This document shows positions 52,712-64,000 of a stretch of 64,000 bases of DNA, one piece after another. The notes beneath the pieces were generated by a model. That model was not told where the DNA came from, ran no database searches, and saw only the letters and a list, made by a program, of their open reading frames with translations. This stretch comes from the human T2T-CHM13v2.0 reference genome, Homo sapiens: assembly GCF_009914755.1 (NCBI RefSeq), contig NC_060928.1; one strand, written 5' to 3'. Every line of letters begins with the position of its first letter. The first letter of the stretch is position 1. The translations under genes and the position numbers were made by a program.

Positions 52712-52870
52712 TTCATTCCTTCTTTCAACAAGTACTTATTGAACACTGCTATTTGCAAGAACAGGCCTTAGTGATATAGTGATAAACAAAACACAAAGTT
52801 CTAGTTATTAGGGAATTAATAATTTATGAACCAGTAGAGGAGGTAGATATTAATAAACTAATCACAAACC
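52712..52870 (-). mobile_element. L2 3' end
   Basis: TTCATTCCTTCTTTCAACAAGTACTTATTGAACAC...GATATAGTGATAAACAAAACA. Confidence 0.75.
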
Positions 52871-53275
52871 AAAGCATTTGTGTATTTATGTATTTAAAGC
52901 TCAGAGACATGGTGTTCAAAGTAAACTTTATTTACACTTCTATTTATTTCTCAACCCTCTTCCTCAGTGGTAGCAGAAAATATAGTCTTGCAAATTCAAG
53001 ATAGTGAGCACTACTGGTTCTGTCAATTTATTATACTTTTTATCTTCTTATTTTACTTTCCCTGCAATGATCTAAAATCCAGAGAACATTCCATATAATT
53101 CTACCTCATTTGGAAAGATGTCTGCACCATGGTCAAGGGAAGTTATTCATGCTGGAGCCTGGAAAATATGCTATCATTTTGTTCTCCATTCCCAGGCTGA
53201 AATTACCATATCTCTGTCTTCTTCGCTGAGTCATGGAATCCCTTCAAAATTGATCATAAAATTCAGGCATCTTCT

Positions 53276-53655
53276 TTTTTTTTAAGTGTAGAGTTTATTG
53301 AGTTTTCACAAATATTTACATACATGTAACTATAACCCCAAACAAGATATAGATCACCTCCATCATTCCAGAAAGTTCTCTTCATGCCCTTTCCCAGCCA
53401 GTCTCCTACCTTCCCCCTTCTTCCACCCAGATAGCTCATGATCTACTTTCTGTCATTATAATTGAGTTTTGCCTTTTCTGCAACCTCATATAAATAGAAT
53501 CCTATGGTGTTTTCCCTTCAGCAATTGTGAGTGTTTGATCCCTAAGCTCTGTATATTTTTTTATTTTTGATAATCATGTGTGTTTTATTTGTAGTTTCTT
53601 TCTTTTTTGCTTCTTTGATGTGAATATACCTCTTCATTTGTATTTTTTTTTTTTT
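53276..53655 (-). mobile_element. Decayed L1MB/L1ME 3' UTR segment bounded by T-tracts and a perfect 14-bp direct repeat
   Basis: AAGTGTA..., CATCATTCCAGAAAGTTCTCTTCATGCCC, CATATAAATAGAATC and TGTGAATATACC are old-L1 3' UTR. TTCAGGCATCTTCT at 53262-53275 and 53656-53669. Confidence 0.85.
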
Positions 53656-54279
53656 TTCAGGCATCTTCTGTATCTCTCTTAGGAGAGGAATCTTAGGATA
53701 TTCCTTTTCATTGGCTTAGGGTACTATACATTTGGGAGGTCAAAGTAAAAAGAAATTTACGGTACATTTTACTTCTTCACTTCCTAGATCTGCCTTGATG
53801 CCATTTCTCTTTAACTCTGTGTATCCCATATAAGTAATTCTACAATATGACGTGAAATTTCCCCAGAGTTGCAAATAGAAAAGAGGATTAAGATGCTTTT
53901 GCTTTTTGATTTATAAATTTTGAAGCTGTTTTTTATTTTGTAAAATTTATTAATGTTTTCTAATACCATGAGTGTATGATATTAAAGTAAACCATATTTG
54001 TGGAATTAGGTGTGAAAGCGAAATTTGTTTTCTTATTATCTAGTATGCCAACTTTAACTTGTGCAAATGTTTCAATGTAAAGTTTTAGAAATAATGTCAA
54101 ATATATTTTTGATATTATACATAATAGATGAGTAATAAATGCTATTAATTATTATAATGATATAACATAATTGAGGCCTATAATATTAATAATATTAACA
54201 TTAAACAATTGGGTAATATAATTATCAAGTGTATGTTTGATTATATATATATTTTAAAGATGTACATAAGGCTGTGGGG

Positions 54280-55950
54280 TTTTTTTTTTTATACTTTAAG
54301 CTCTGGGATACATGTGCACAATGTGCAGGTTTGTTACATAGGTATACATGTGCCATGGTGGTTTGCTGCACCCGTCAACCCGTCATTTACATTGGGTATT
54401 TCTCCTAACGCTATCCCTCCCTTAACTCCTTGCCCCCAACAGGCCCCATTGATGGGCATTTGGGTTGGTTCCAAGTCGTTGTTATTGTGAATAGTGCCAC
54501 AATAAACATAAGTGTGCATGTATCTTTATAGTAGAATGATTTATAGTCCTTTGGGTATATACCCAGTAATGGGATTGCTGGGTCGAATGGTATTTCTAGT
54601 TCTAGATCCTCAAGGAATCGCCACACTGTCTTCCACAATGGCTGAACTAACTTACAGTCCCACCAACAGTGTAAAAGCCTTCCTATTTCTCCACATCCTC
54701 TCCAGCATCTGTTGTTTCCTGACTTTTAAATAAATGCCATTCTAACTGTCATGAGATGGTGTCTTACTGTGGTTTTGATTTGCATTTCTCTAATGACCAG
54801 TGATGATGAGCTTTTTTTCATATGTTTGTTGGCCAGATAAATGTCTTCTTTTGAAAAGTATCTGTTCATATCCTTTGCCCACTTATTAATGGGGTTATTT
54901 ATTTTTTTCTTGTAAATTTGTTTAAGTTCCTTGTAGATTCTGGATATTAGCCCTTTTACAGATGGATAGATTGCAAAAATTTTCTCCCATTCTGTAGGGA
55001 GAAAATTTCTCCCATTCTGTAGGGAGAAAATTTCTCCCATTCTGTTCACTCTGATGGTAGTTTCTTTTGCTGTGCAGAAGCTCTTTAGTTTAATTAGATC
55101 CCATTTGTCAATTTTGGCTTTTGTTGCAGTTGCTTTTGGTGTTTTAGTCATGAAGAATTTCCCCCTGCCTATGTCCTGAATGGTATTGCCTAGGTTTTCT
55201 TCTAGGGTTTTTATGGTTTTAGGTCTTACATTTAAATCTTTAATCTATCTTGAGTTAATTTTTGTCTCAAGTTTAAGGAAGGGGTCCAGCTTCCGTTTTT
55301 TGCATATGGCTAGCCAGTTTTCCCAATACCATTTATTAAATAAAGAATCTTTTCCCCATTGCTTGTTTTTGTCAGATTTGTCAAAGATCAGATGGTTGTA
55401 GATGTGTGGTGTTATTTCTGAAGTTTCTGTTCTGTTCCACTGGTCTATATATCTGTTTTGGTACCAGTACCATGCCGTTTTGGTTACTGTAGCCTTGTAG
55501 TATAGCTTGAAGTCAGGTAGCATGATGCCTCTGGTTTTGTTCTTTTTGCTTAGGATTGCCTTGGCAATGTGGGCTCTTTTTTGGTTCCATATGTAATTTC
55601 AAGTAGTTTTTTTCTAATTCTGTGAAGAAACTCAATTGTACCTTGATGGGAATAGCATTGAATCTATAAATTACTTTGGGGAGTATGGCCATTTTCACGA
55701 TATTGATTCTTCCTATCCATGAGCATGGAATGTTTCTCCATTTGTTTGTGTCCTCTCTTATTTCTTTGAGGAGTGGTTTGTGGTTCTCCTTGAAGGGGTC
55801 CTTCACATCCCATGTAAGTTGCATTCCTAGGTATTTTATTCTCTTTGTAGCAATTGTGAATGGGAGTTCGCCCATGATTTGGCTTTCTGTCTGTCTATTA
55901 TTGGTGTATAGAAATGTTTGTAATTTTTGCACGTTGATTTTGTATCCTGA
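54280..55950 (-). mobile_element. 5'-truncated L1PA7/8 with an internal deletion and a local triplication
   Basis: ORF track fragments 54411-56139 translate to L1 ORF2p ([33 protein letters not shown]). L1PA 3' UTR and poly(T). Confidence 0.96.
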
Positions 55951-56315
55951 AGCTGTTTTTTCTACATTACTGCAGTCTCCATCTCTCATTCCACAATTTT
56001 TGGACCTGAGAGGAGCTAATATACATAGTATATTCATTGATAATCCACACAGATGACTCCTCAATTCTTCCATCTCCAATCCTCTCCTCCATACAATTGG
56101 AGGAGGCAACTTCTTATATGGTTCCTCATTTTTTCCCAATTCTATTTAGTCTCTCATTTAATGATAAAATTTTCACTCAGTTATTTGATGTTTATTATTT
56201 AAAAGCCAGGCTTTGAAATCACAAGCCTGTTTGTTGTTCAAAAATGTATGTCACTTGCAATTCAAGTGTTACGTCAAGATCCGTCTTATACTAAGAATGT
56301 CAAGAAAATAATATA

Positions 56316-56630
<315 letters not shown>

Positions 56631-56779
56631 TTAAAAAAAAGTGGCATTCTTAACTTACACAAGCTTTAACACTGAGGATATGACATATAGAAAGACACCT
56701 GCTGATAGAAAGATGTAAGAAATGATAAGGAAATAAGCACAAAATAAACCTCAGGCAATATGTGTTACAATATTTTCTC

Positions 56780-57200
56780 TTAATACCGTGAAAGACAGAT
56801 GTAGTATACTAAACAATTGCATATGAAAGAGACAATAAATGAGCTCCCTACTTCTCTGAAACAGTGACATTTATGCTAAAACTTGAACAATGAATGGGCA
56901 TTATTTATGAGAAGCAAAGATGTACAGATTGGAGAAGGTAGAATACTCAGAAAATATTAGATCAAATATGGCCAAAAAGGAAAGAAATTTTGTTTCCAAG
57001 GAACTAAGCAACAGTGTAGGGAGAGCACAGGAAGTGAGCAGGTAACTGTCACAGATGAGACCCCTGGAATGGCACAGGGATTGGAATCATGTAAATTGCT
57101 AAAATACTTAGATTAAATTCTAAAAACAATGAAATTCATTCAGAATTTTTAACAGGTATAAAGGATATGATTTAAACTTGGAAACTGTGTGATCACCACA
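56780..57200 (-). mobile_element. L2 fragment
   Basis: CTTCTCTGAAACAGTGACATTTATGCTAAAACTTGAA and CATTCAGAATTTTTAACAGG resemble reverse-complement L2. Confidence 0.55.
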
Positions 57201-59934
57201 ACTCTGAGGCTCCTAAAATCACAGGAAGATGCTCTGCCCTCTTCCCATATGTATCCTTTTTTAAGGGACATGCTTTAATTTCAGGCTCTAGCCTACTGTC
57301 TTTAATGTGTCTTCAAACCAATTATTTCTTTTTAATACTATGTAGAGATAGAGTTTTACAGATGCGTGTAATGGCTGCAAAGGTCCCTATAGCAGCTGAC
57401 CACTTTAAAATTAATACTTGGGATACTGTATTCCATTGCTCTGTTGTGATGGTAACATCGTGCCTTTTCTTACATTCTGTAGATGTGTACACCTTTCTGA
57501 GGTTCTTAGCTTCATATAATGCATGTTCTGCCTACTTCCACCTGTGACTTTATCTCCTATATGTGTGTGTTTTCACATAGAACACCATCATGTAATTGTG
57601 CATGTTGTGTGCATTTGTTGTTTTCTCAATTTATAGCTTAGAAGGGAAACATTCAGAATGATATAGTAGGAGTAAATGATGAAATACTGTTATGTCACCT
57701 TATCTTATCAGCAGTATAGAAAAAATGGCAAGTATGGATAATCAAAAAAGAAGTAGAGAACTGATATTGTACTTCATGAATAGAAAAATATAGTTTCTAA
57801 AGCCCAGGAATTGAGGCATATTTTATTTTCATAAGATGAGCTTCAGAGAAATCCTAGTATGTCGAGTTGAATTACTTTTTATGATAATAAAACATCTTAA
57901 CATATTTAAAGGGATTACTGCCCATTGACATTAATAAATTGCAAACGAAAATGAAGTGTCCATTGAGAAGACATTTAGGATTTGGATGCTAAGCTTTAAC
58001 TTATGATATGGAAAAAGTCAAATGATACATTAATTAAATTAATATCTGGCCCTACACTAGGAGGAAGGGGCAGAAGAGAAGTTAGAAATATTAGCATAAA
58101 TGTTAGAGTTGAGGCTCAGCATAAAAATATGTGATTTTTGTCAAATTAAAAAAAAGAATTAGCCCAGTGGAGATAACAGCATAACAAAATATATGATCAA
58201 AGTGTAACTTCACGTTCTAAAGTTCTTTAGTTTTATTTCTGCAATATAATATAAGTTTAAACAATTAAATGGAGATATTTTGGATAATATTTCTATCTTC
58301 AAATATGATGTTTTAGATTCTGCATTATTTCAAAAGAATTAAATGGAAACGTTAATTTTAATGTTTTGGTAAATCATCTGTACGATTGAGTAAAATTTAG
58401 TCTTATTATCTATATAAACTTATTTGAAATGTTTCCATTGTAAGAAAAAACTAGTCCAGCATATACATAACATTAAATATTATTTTAGAAACTCAAAAAT
58501 GTTTCATTTGGTTGTGTGCCCCAATTTTTCCTATAGTTTAGATAAAAATGTTAGCAATTATTTAAACTTTACTGTAAATCAAAGTTGTGAAATTAAATTT
58601 GAATAGCTGAAGTAAAATCTACATGTAAAGCTGTTGAAAGACTTCCTAAGGATGAATATTAAACAATTTCAAAATCTTCTTAGAAATGACTCTTATACAA
58701 GAAGTAAAGAATCCTTCTTCCAAAAAATTGGCTAACTTCAGATGAAAGTGTGAAAAAAACTATTTTAAAAACTAATTTTTTAAAGGAAGATCATTACAAG
58801 ATAAGCTTATATACATTAGTAAGTTAATTATGAACATAGTTCAAAGTAGTTTTTTTCATTGAAAGTATTATCAATTCATTCTTTACATGAGTTCAAATAA
58901 AACCATATTTCTGTAACACAGAACAAAACAAAACGTTCTGAATATTTGAATGTGGTGAATGTGGATATTGCAACAAATTTTCTTTACTTCTCATTAGACT
59001 ATATCCATGAGAATTATTATGGTCCTTTTCAGTAATATTTGCATTATTGTTACTATAAAACTTTCTGCTATTTTATACATTTAGCTAATTTTTTCTATTA
59101 TTTTAATAATAGGGTGTTTTAATTAACATAAGCTGGCTAAATAAAATGGTACTGTGGAATTTGCTCTCAAATAGATTTTACTCCAATAAATATTTTAATG
59201 ATATTGATTGTCTCTTAGAAAAGCAAATGAGACATTCAAAAATAAATAAATAGATATAAATCCAATCTAAATGTAATAGTAATTCTATCTGTCTAATCAA
59301 TAATATTCCATAATATGGAAGTTTTCTTATATGAGAATGGTGATAGATTATATTTGGGAAATTTTTAATAAGACGTTTTTGCCTCTTTTTGCATATGAGT
59401 ATGTACTTAAGATGTTATTAGTATTTTATAGCATTTATGTGTTTTATATTGCTTATATTCTCATACATAAACTTTTATTTCTGCAAATGAAAATGCTTGC
59501 AAAAACTATTTAGTAAAAATGTAGTATGTTCTTACAGGAACATGGGAATTTAAATTTCTTAAAAATTATTCACAACTAACTTTTAGAAAACTTACAAATA
59601 TTAAATAATTGGTTTCTCCTTAACCCTACACCTAGTATCCATATACACATGCTGTAAAGCACTGTTTGTTTAGTTTTCATATATTTGGCTTTTAGTACAT
59701 TTTATGTAAACATAAATAGAACTTTTTTATTTCTATATTTCAATATTCTTCAACACCAATGCATTAAAGTATTGTGATAAATGTAGGCATCCTGTGTAAA
59801 TATAAATGTAAAATATGTAAAATATGAGTGCTTTAATTGACAAGAATGGCATTTAGTAAGAAGGGAGATGGTAAAGCAAATCATATTTTCTCTTCATACT
59901 ATTTGTATACATATCAATACCTGTGTAATGGGAA

Positions 59935-60476
59935 TGTATTAGTTGTTTATTGCAGCATAACAAATTATCCCAGAATTTGGGGGCTTAAAGCAGCATACAG
60001 TCATGATCTCACACTTTTGTAAGTCAGTAATCTGGACATAATTTAGCCGCATACTCTGATCATGAGTCTCTCACAAGGCTGCAATCAGTGTTGGCCAATG
60101 CTCCACTCATCACAAGCCTTTCCTTGGGGAGGATTTCATTCCAAGCTCCCTCACATAGTTGATGGCATGACTGGTTCGTCCTGAGCTTTTAGGCTGCAGG
60201 ATTCAGTTGCTGGCTGAATCTATGTGTTGGCTGGAGGCTGTCCTAACTTCTCTCCATAAGTCACCTCATAACATGACAGCTGGCTTTATCAAATTGATCA
60301 AGTCAGAGAAAGTAAGAGTGCCAACAGGATGGAAGTGGCATCTGTCACCTCTGTCATATTTTGCTTATTAAAAGAAAGTTATGATGCTCAGTGCACACTC
60401 AAAAAGAATTATACAAAGCTGTAAATACCAGGAAGCAGGAATATTTGAAGGCCATTTTCAGAGTATCCCTAATATA
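59935..60476 (-). mobile_element. MLT1F-type MaLR LTR
   Basis: TGTATTAGTT...TGCAGCATAACAAATTATCCC, TCTCACAAGGCTGCAATCA, CATGACAGCTGGCTTT, AATACCAGGAAGCAGG. Confidence 0.85.
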
Positions 60477-62057
60477 AGAGTTGTGTAAATATGTGCCTAC
60501 TGCAAAAATTTTTCCAAATTTCTATGAGTGAGAAATCTTGATCCCTCTTAGCCATCTGGAAGATCCTCACAGGAGAAAACATTAGGAAACCACATTTTTT
60601 GGCCAATTAAATGTTGTATATCATTCTTCAAATAACATATTCATGTGTATATTATGTAAGGAACTCATCAACATAATCTGTCAAAAATAAAGGTTCACTA
60701 CAAGGTAGTTATTTACTAAAATGATCCTATTCAATATTATAGACTGCTGTAAATGAAGAAGTTCTGTCCAGTTAATTAAACACAGATTCCATTCCTCAGT
60801 TGCATTTGTCTTGACTTCCAGAGATTTTTCCGTTGCTTTCTTTTATCTGGATTGTATACATAGTGCAGAAAAGAAGATAATAAAATATATCACTGTCAAT
60901 TGTTCACATCCAAAGAATATGCTACAATGAGAATCCACATTTCTTAGGTGGAGAAGCCATCTAGCTTAAAAACCCCAATGTATTTAATAGTGTCTTGTAC
61001 ACTAATGGGTACAGCCAATCCAGGTCAAAAATAAGAATGTCTATTCAGGGAAGATTCTTTTAGACTTACCCAACTACTATTAGATGATTTCCTAGAAAAT
61101 TCAGGAAGATACAGAACATTATTCTTTTCATGCTGAGTGATTCATTAATGTTCAGTTACCTTTGATGATAATGGAACTATCCATGCACATTATTGGAAAA
61201 ATGTAGCCCTGGAGAGTTAAACAATTGTAATGCAGGGAATAGTGTGTCCCAGGAGGGAATGTATGACCTACTCACTATATTAACTTTGTATTGTCTTTGC
61301 TTCTATGATTGCTTAAGAAAACCTATAAAAAGGGCTATTAATATTTTAGAGAAGCATTGGAAAGGCTACTACTCTGGATTTATAACGAAAATTAAGCAAA
61401 CGACAAAAGTCTTTACATTAAAAAGATATTTCTACACTGGGATATTTACACAGTACATATTCTTTGATGTTAGCATATGATCTCATTTGGATATGAACTA
61501 TTTATAAGAGGAGTTTGTCTACACAGTTAAGTTGTATTGTTAAATTGATGGATCAGTAAATTGTATTACTTTCTACTATGTTATTTGGTAATGCATAGAA
61601 AACCATGACAATTTCTTCGAAGATGTCAGAATTATATTAACTAAAATTTGTGTGTTATTCTAGCATATGTAACCGAATTTCACCTTTGCAAGGGTAATAT
61701 TATCTTCCTGATACTTTTTTAAAATAGCAATGTCAAGATTATAGAGCTTCTAACATGGCATAGCTGGAAGAATTCTCAGTTCACTGTCTCATTTAACTCT
61801 AAAACTGGGCTTTTCTGAAAGTCATCCATGGACTACCTGATAGAAATTGCCTGAACTATGTAAAAATGCATATTCTAGCCACAAACATAACAATTCCATA
61901 TCAAACTCTCAAAGGACAGCCAGAAAATTTCCATTTCAGCCAGGTTTCTGTGAGATTATTATACACCATAAAGCAAGAGAGCCACTTTCTTAGCTGGGCT
62001 GGTCCTTACATCTTAACTGGACAGATAAACCTTCGTTTGTGAAACTAACAGTGAAAG

Positions 62058-62441
62058 TGTATTAGTCCATTCTCACATTGCTATAAAGAACTGCCCGAGA
62101 CTGAGTAATTTATAAAGAAAAGAGGTTGAATTGACTCATTGTTCTGCAGGGTGTACAGGAAGCCTGGCTGGGGGGGACTCAGGAAACTTACACTCATGGA
62201 GGAAGGCAAAGAGGAAGGAGGAATGTCTAATATGACGGGAGCAGAAAGGAGGGAGCAAAGGGGGAGGGGCTACACACTGTTAAACAACTGTATGTCTTGA
62301 GAACTCACTCACTATCATGAGAAGAGCATGGAGGAAATCTGTCCCATGATCTAACCACCTATCATCAGGCCCTTCCTTCAATAATAGGGGTTTAGAATTT
62401 GACATGAGGTTTGGGTGGGGACACAAATCCAAACCATATCA
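62058..62441 (-). mobile_element. THE1D/MSTA-type MaLR solo LTR
   Basis: TGTATTAGTCCATTCTCACATTGCTATAAAG...GGGGACACAAATCCAAACCATATCA. 5-bp TSD GAAAG / GAAGG. Confidence 0.93.
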
Positions 62442-62520
62442 GAAGGCTTGAAAGAAATGGGATATTAAGAAATAGAAAACTGGGAAGTGGCAAATTGCCC
62501 TTAAATGCACTGCATTTGGT

Positions 62521-62749
62521 TTATTAATATCAATTATTGAAAATTTGCCATGTGTCAGGTACTGTACCAAGCACTTTAGGTATAAACCTAACTTAAATCT
62601 AAAAAAAGAGAAATTTTGAATTCCAAATTTACAAATGAAGAAACTGAGACCAGGACATGTATTGACCTAAGATCACACATCAGAGGAGAGATTCAAAACC
62701 ATGTCAATTTTATTTACATACCCAGATTCTCAACTTCTGTGCTACCCTG
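62521..62749 (-). mobile_element. MIR SINE
   Basis: ATGTGTCAGGTACTGTACCAAGCACTTTA, TTTACAAATGAAGAAACTGAGAC, CCTAAGATCACACA. Confidence 0.8.
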
Positions 62750-63093
62750 GAGAGAACGACGTGGCCTGTAATGGTAAAAGAAAGTTTCATTAGAAAATAT
62801 AACTGAGTTTGGGTATGTAATTGAGTTTGGGTATGAGAAGTGGAACTCACAACAGTCATTGAAGAACGACTGGATTTAAATAAGTCTAATAAAGAAGGGA
62901 GAACATTCCTGCTCTGCCCAACTATGTAAGTAAATTAAGTTAGGCATAATTGTGATGTATGTGGCATGAAATATTGAAGTATAGAGCAGTAGTTAGAGTT
63001 GCCTTCCTATCGAAAAGATTGAGTATTTCTTTGGTGGTTCAGATGTGAGAAATTTTACCACCAACAATTTGAGGAAAGGAAAACCTTATTGAT

Positions 63094-63430
63094 TTGACAG
63101 TGTTTGAACAGAATCTTTCTCTGCATATATTTATTGTTATATCTGAAACCTTTAAAGCACTTGACTACTTCATTTTTGAAACTCTGTTCATCTTGGGCTT
63201 AAGAGATCTCTTTCCATTTGATTTCCATTCATCTCTCTATTTGTTATCAATCTCCTTTATTCATTTTTGTGCTTATCCCTTAAGTATAGGTTTTGTTCTG
63301 CAAACTGTTCAAATATGGACTCCAATTCCTTGAACTGCAATTTCTGCAGGGGGTTTCTTAAATTAGGGTCTGAGATATTCAGTCTATATATAGTTTAACA
63401 ATAACTATTCAATGCTATCTCAGCCTTAAT
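63094..63430 (+). mobile_element. L2 ORF2 (reverse transcriptase region) relic
   Basis: The ORF 63094-63333 peptide SLHIFIVISETFKALDYFIFETLFILGLRD...PLSIG parallels the L2 RT segment SVLILLDLSAAFDTVDH.LLETLSSLGFRD...PLNVG. Confidence 0.6.
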
Positions 63431-63767
63431 AGTCATTCTTTCTTGGTTTCTAGCTGGCAGTGTCTCAATTTTGTAAAAAGTTGTAGCACTTTGAAAGACG
63501 ATTTCATTCCTTTTCTAATGGATTGATTGAAGAATGTCATATATGAATATAGGAATCAATCTTAGTAATTAAACATGAGATGAAGTCGTCTGGAGGAAGG
63601 CCAGAATGTTTCCAGAAAAGTTTTCTTCGCTGGTAAAAAAAGACAGAGAGATATATATATAGAAAAATAGTCATTGTTCGTTACATGGGTATTGTCAGCT
63701 CTGGGTGCTATTCTGGGAACTCATGCATCCATCTTGTTTCCATGAAGAGAATTAGTCCAAGTGCAAA

Positions 63768-63869
63768 CTGAAATGCCAAGGAAGGTAAAGAAAAAAAGAC
63801 AAAAAAAAAAAAAAAAAAAACAAACAAACCCTGAAATGCTAAGGAAGGTGAAGAAAAAAAGACAAAAAA
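63768..63869. repeat. 39-bp direct repeat (2 mismatches) separated by poly(A)/CAAA
   Basis: CTGAAATGC(C/T)AAGGAAGGT(A/G)AAGAAAAAAAGACAAAAAA at 63768 and 63831. Confidence 0.95.
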
Positions 63870-64000
63870 GAAAACATATCCGTAGTGATAATTTGACTGT
63901 TTCACCAACTTTGGAACTTGATCTTAAGTATGATAATAATTTTTTTCTTATTATTTAAATTGCTGTAATCTGGAGTTTTCCCTTACTTGTAGCAAAAGGG

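Noticed and set aside
54209-56139. Cluster of 61-208 aa ORFs
   Set aside because: Fragments and antisense frames of one broken L1PA ORF2.
63708-63958. Phe-rich and Lys-rich ORFs
   Set aside because: Products of the poly(A)-containing duplication.

Overview
AT-rich, repeat-dense, non-coding primate genomic DNA, probably human or another ape: it carries an LTR12C/HERV9 solo LTR, L1PA and AluS copies. It looks like a gene desert or a large intron. I find no recognisable host protein-coding gene, RNA gene, CRISPR array or prokaryotic feature. The longer ORFs in the track come from L1 ORF2 remnants, LTR12C, Alu or simple repeats. Repeat families and subfamilies were assigned from recalled consensus sequences, not from a search, so subfamily names and the boundaries of old elements are approximate. 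Most interesting observations: (1) a speculative unit of LTR12C promoter, a GTAAGT donor at 26986, and an acceptor/TATA at ~29990-30001 ahead of a 53-aa ORF with a signal-peptide-like N-terminus (30040-30201); (2) a candidate orphan 3' transduction, with decayed L1ME sequence between perfect 14-bp direct repeats and a T-tract at both ends (53262-53669); (3) several template-switch or repair scars (47799-48915, 54975-55045, 24911-24993, and a TSD-less Alu fragment at 12920-13024); (4) repeated LTR-in-LTR nesting. None of these is a demonstrated new biological system; they are testable hypotheses.
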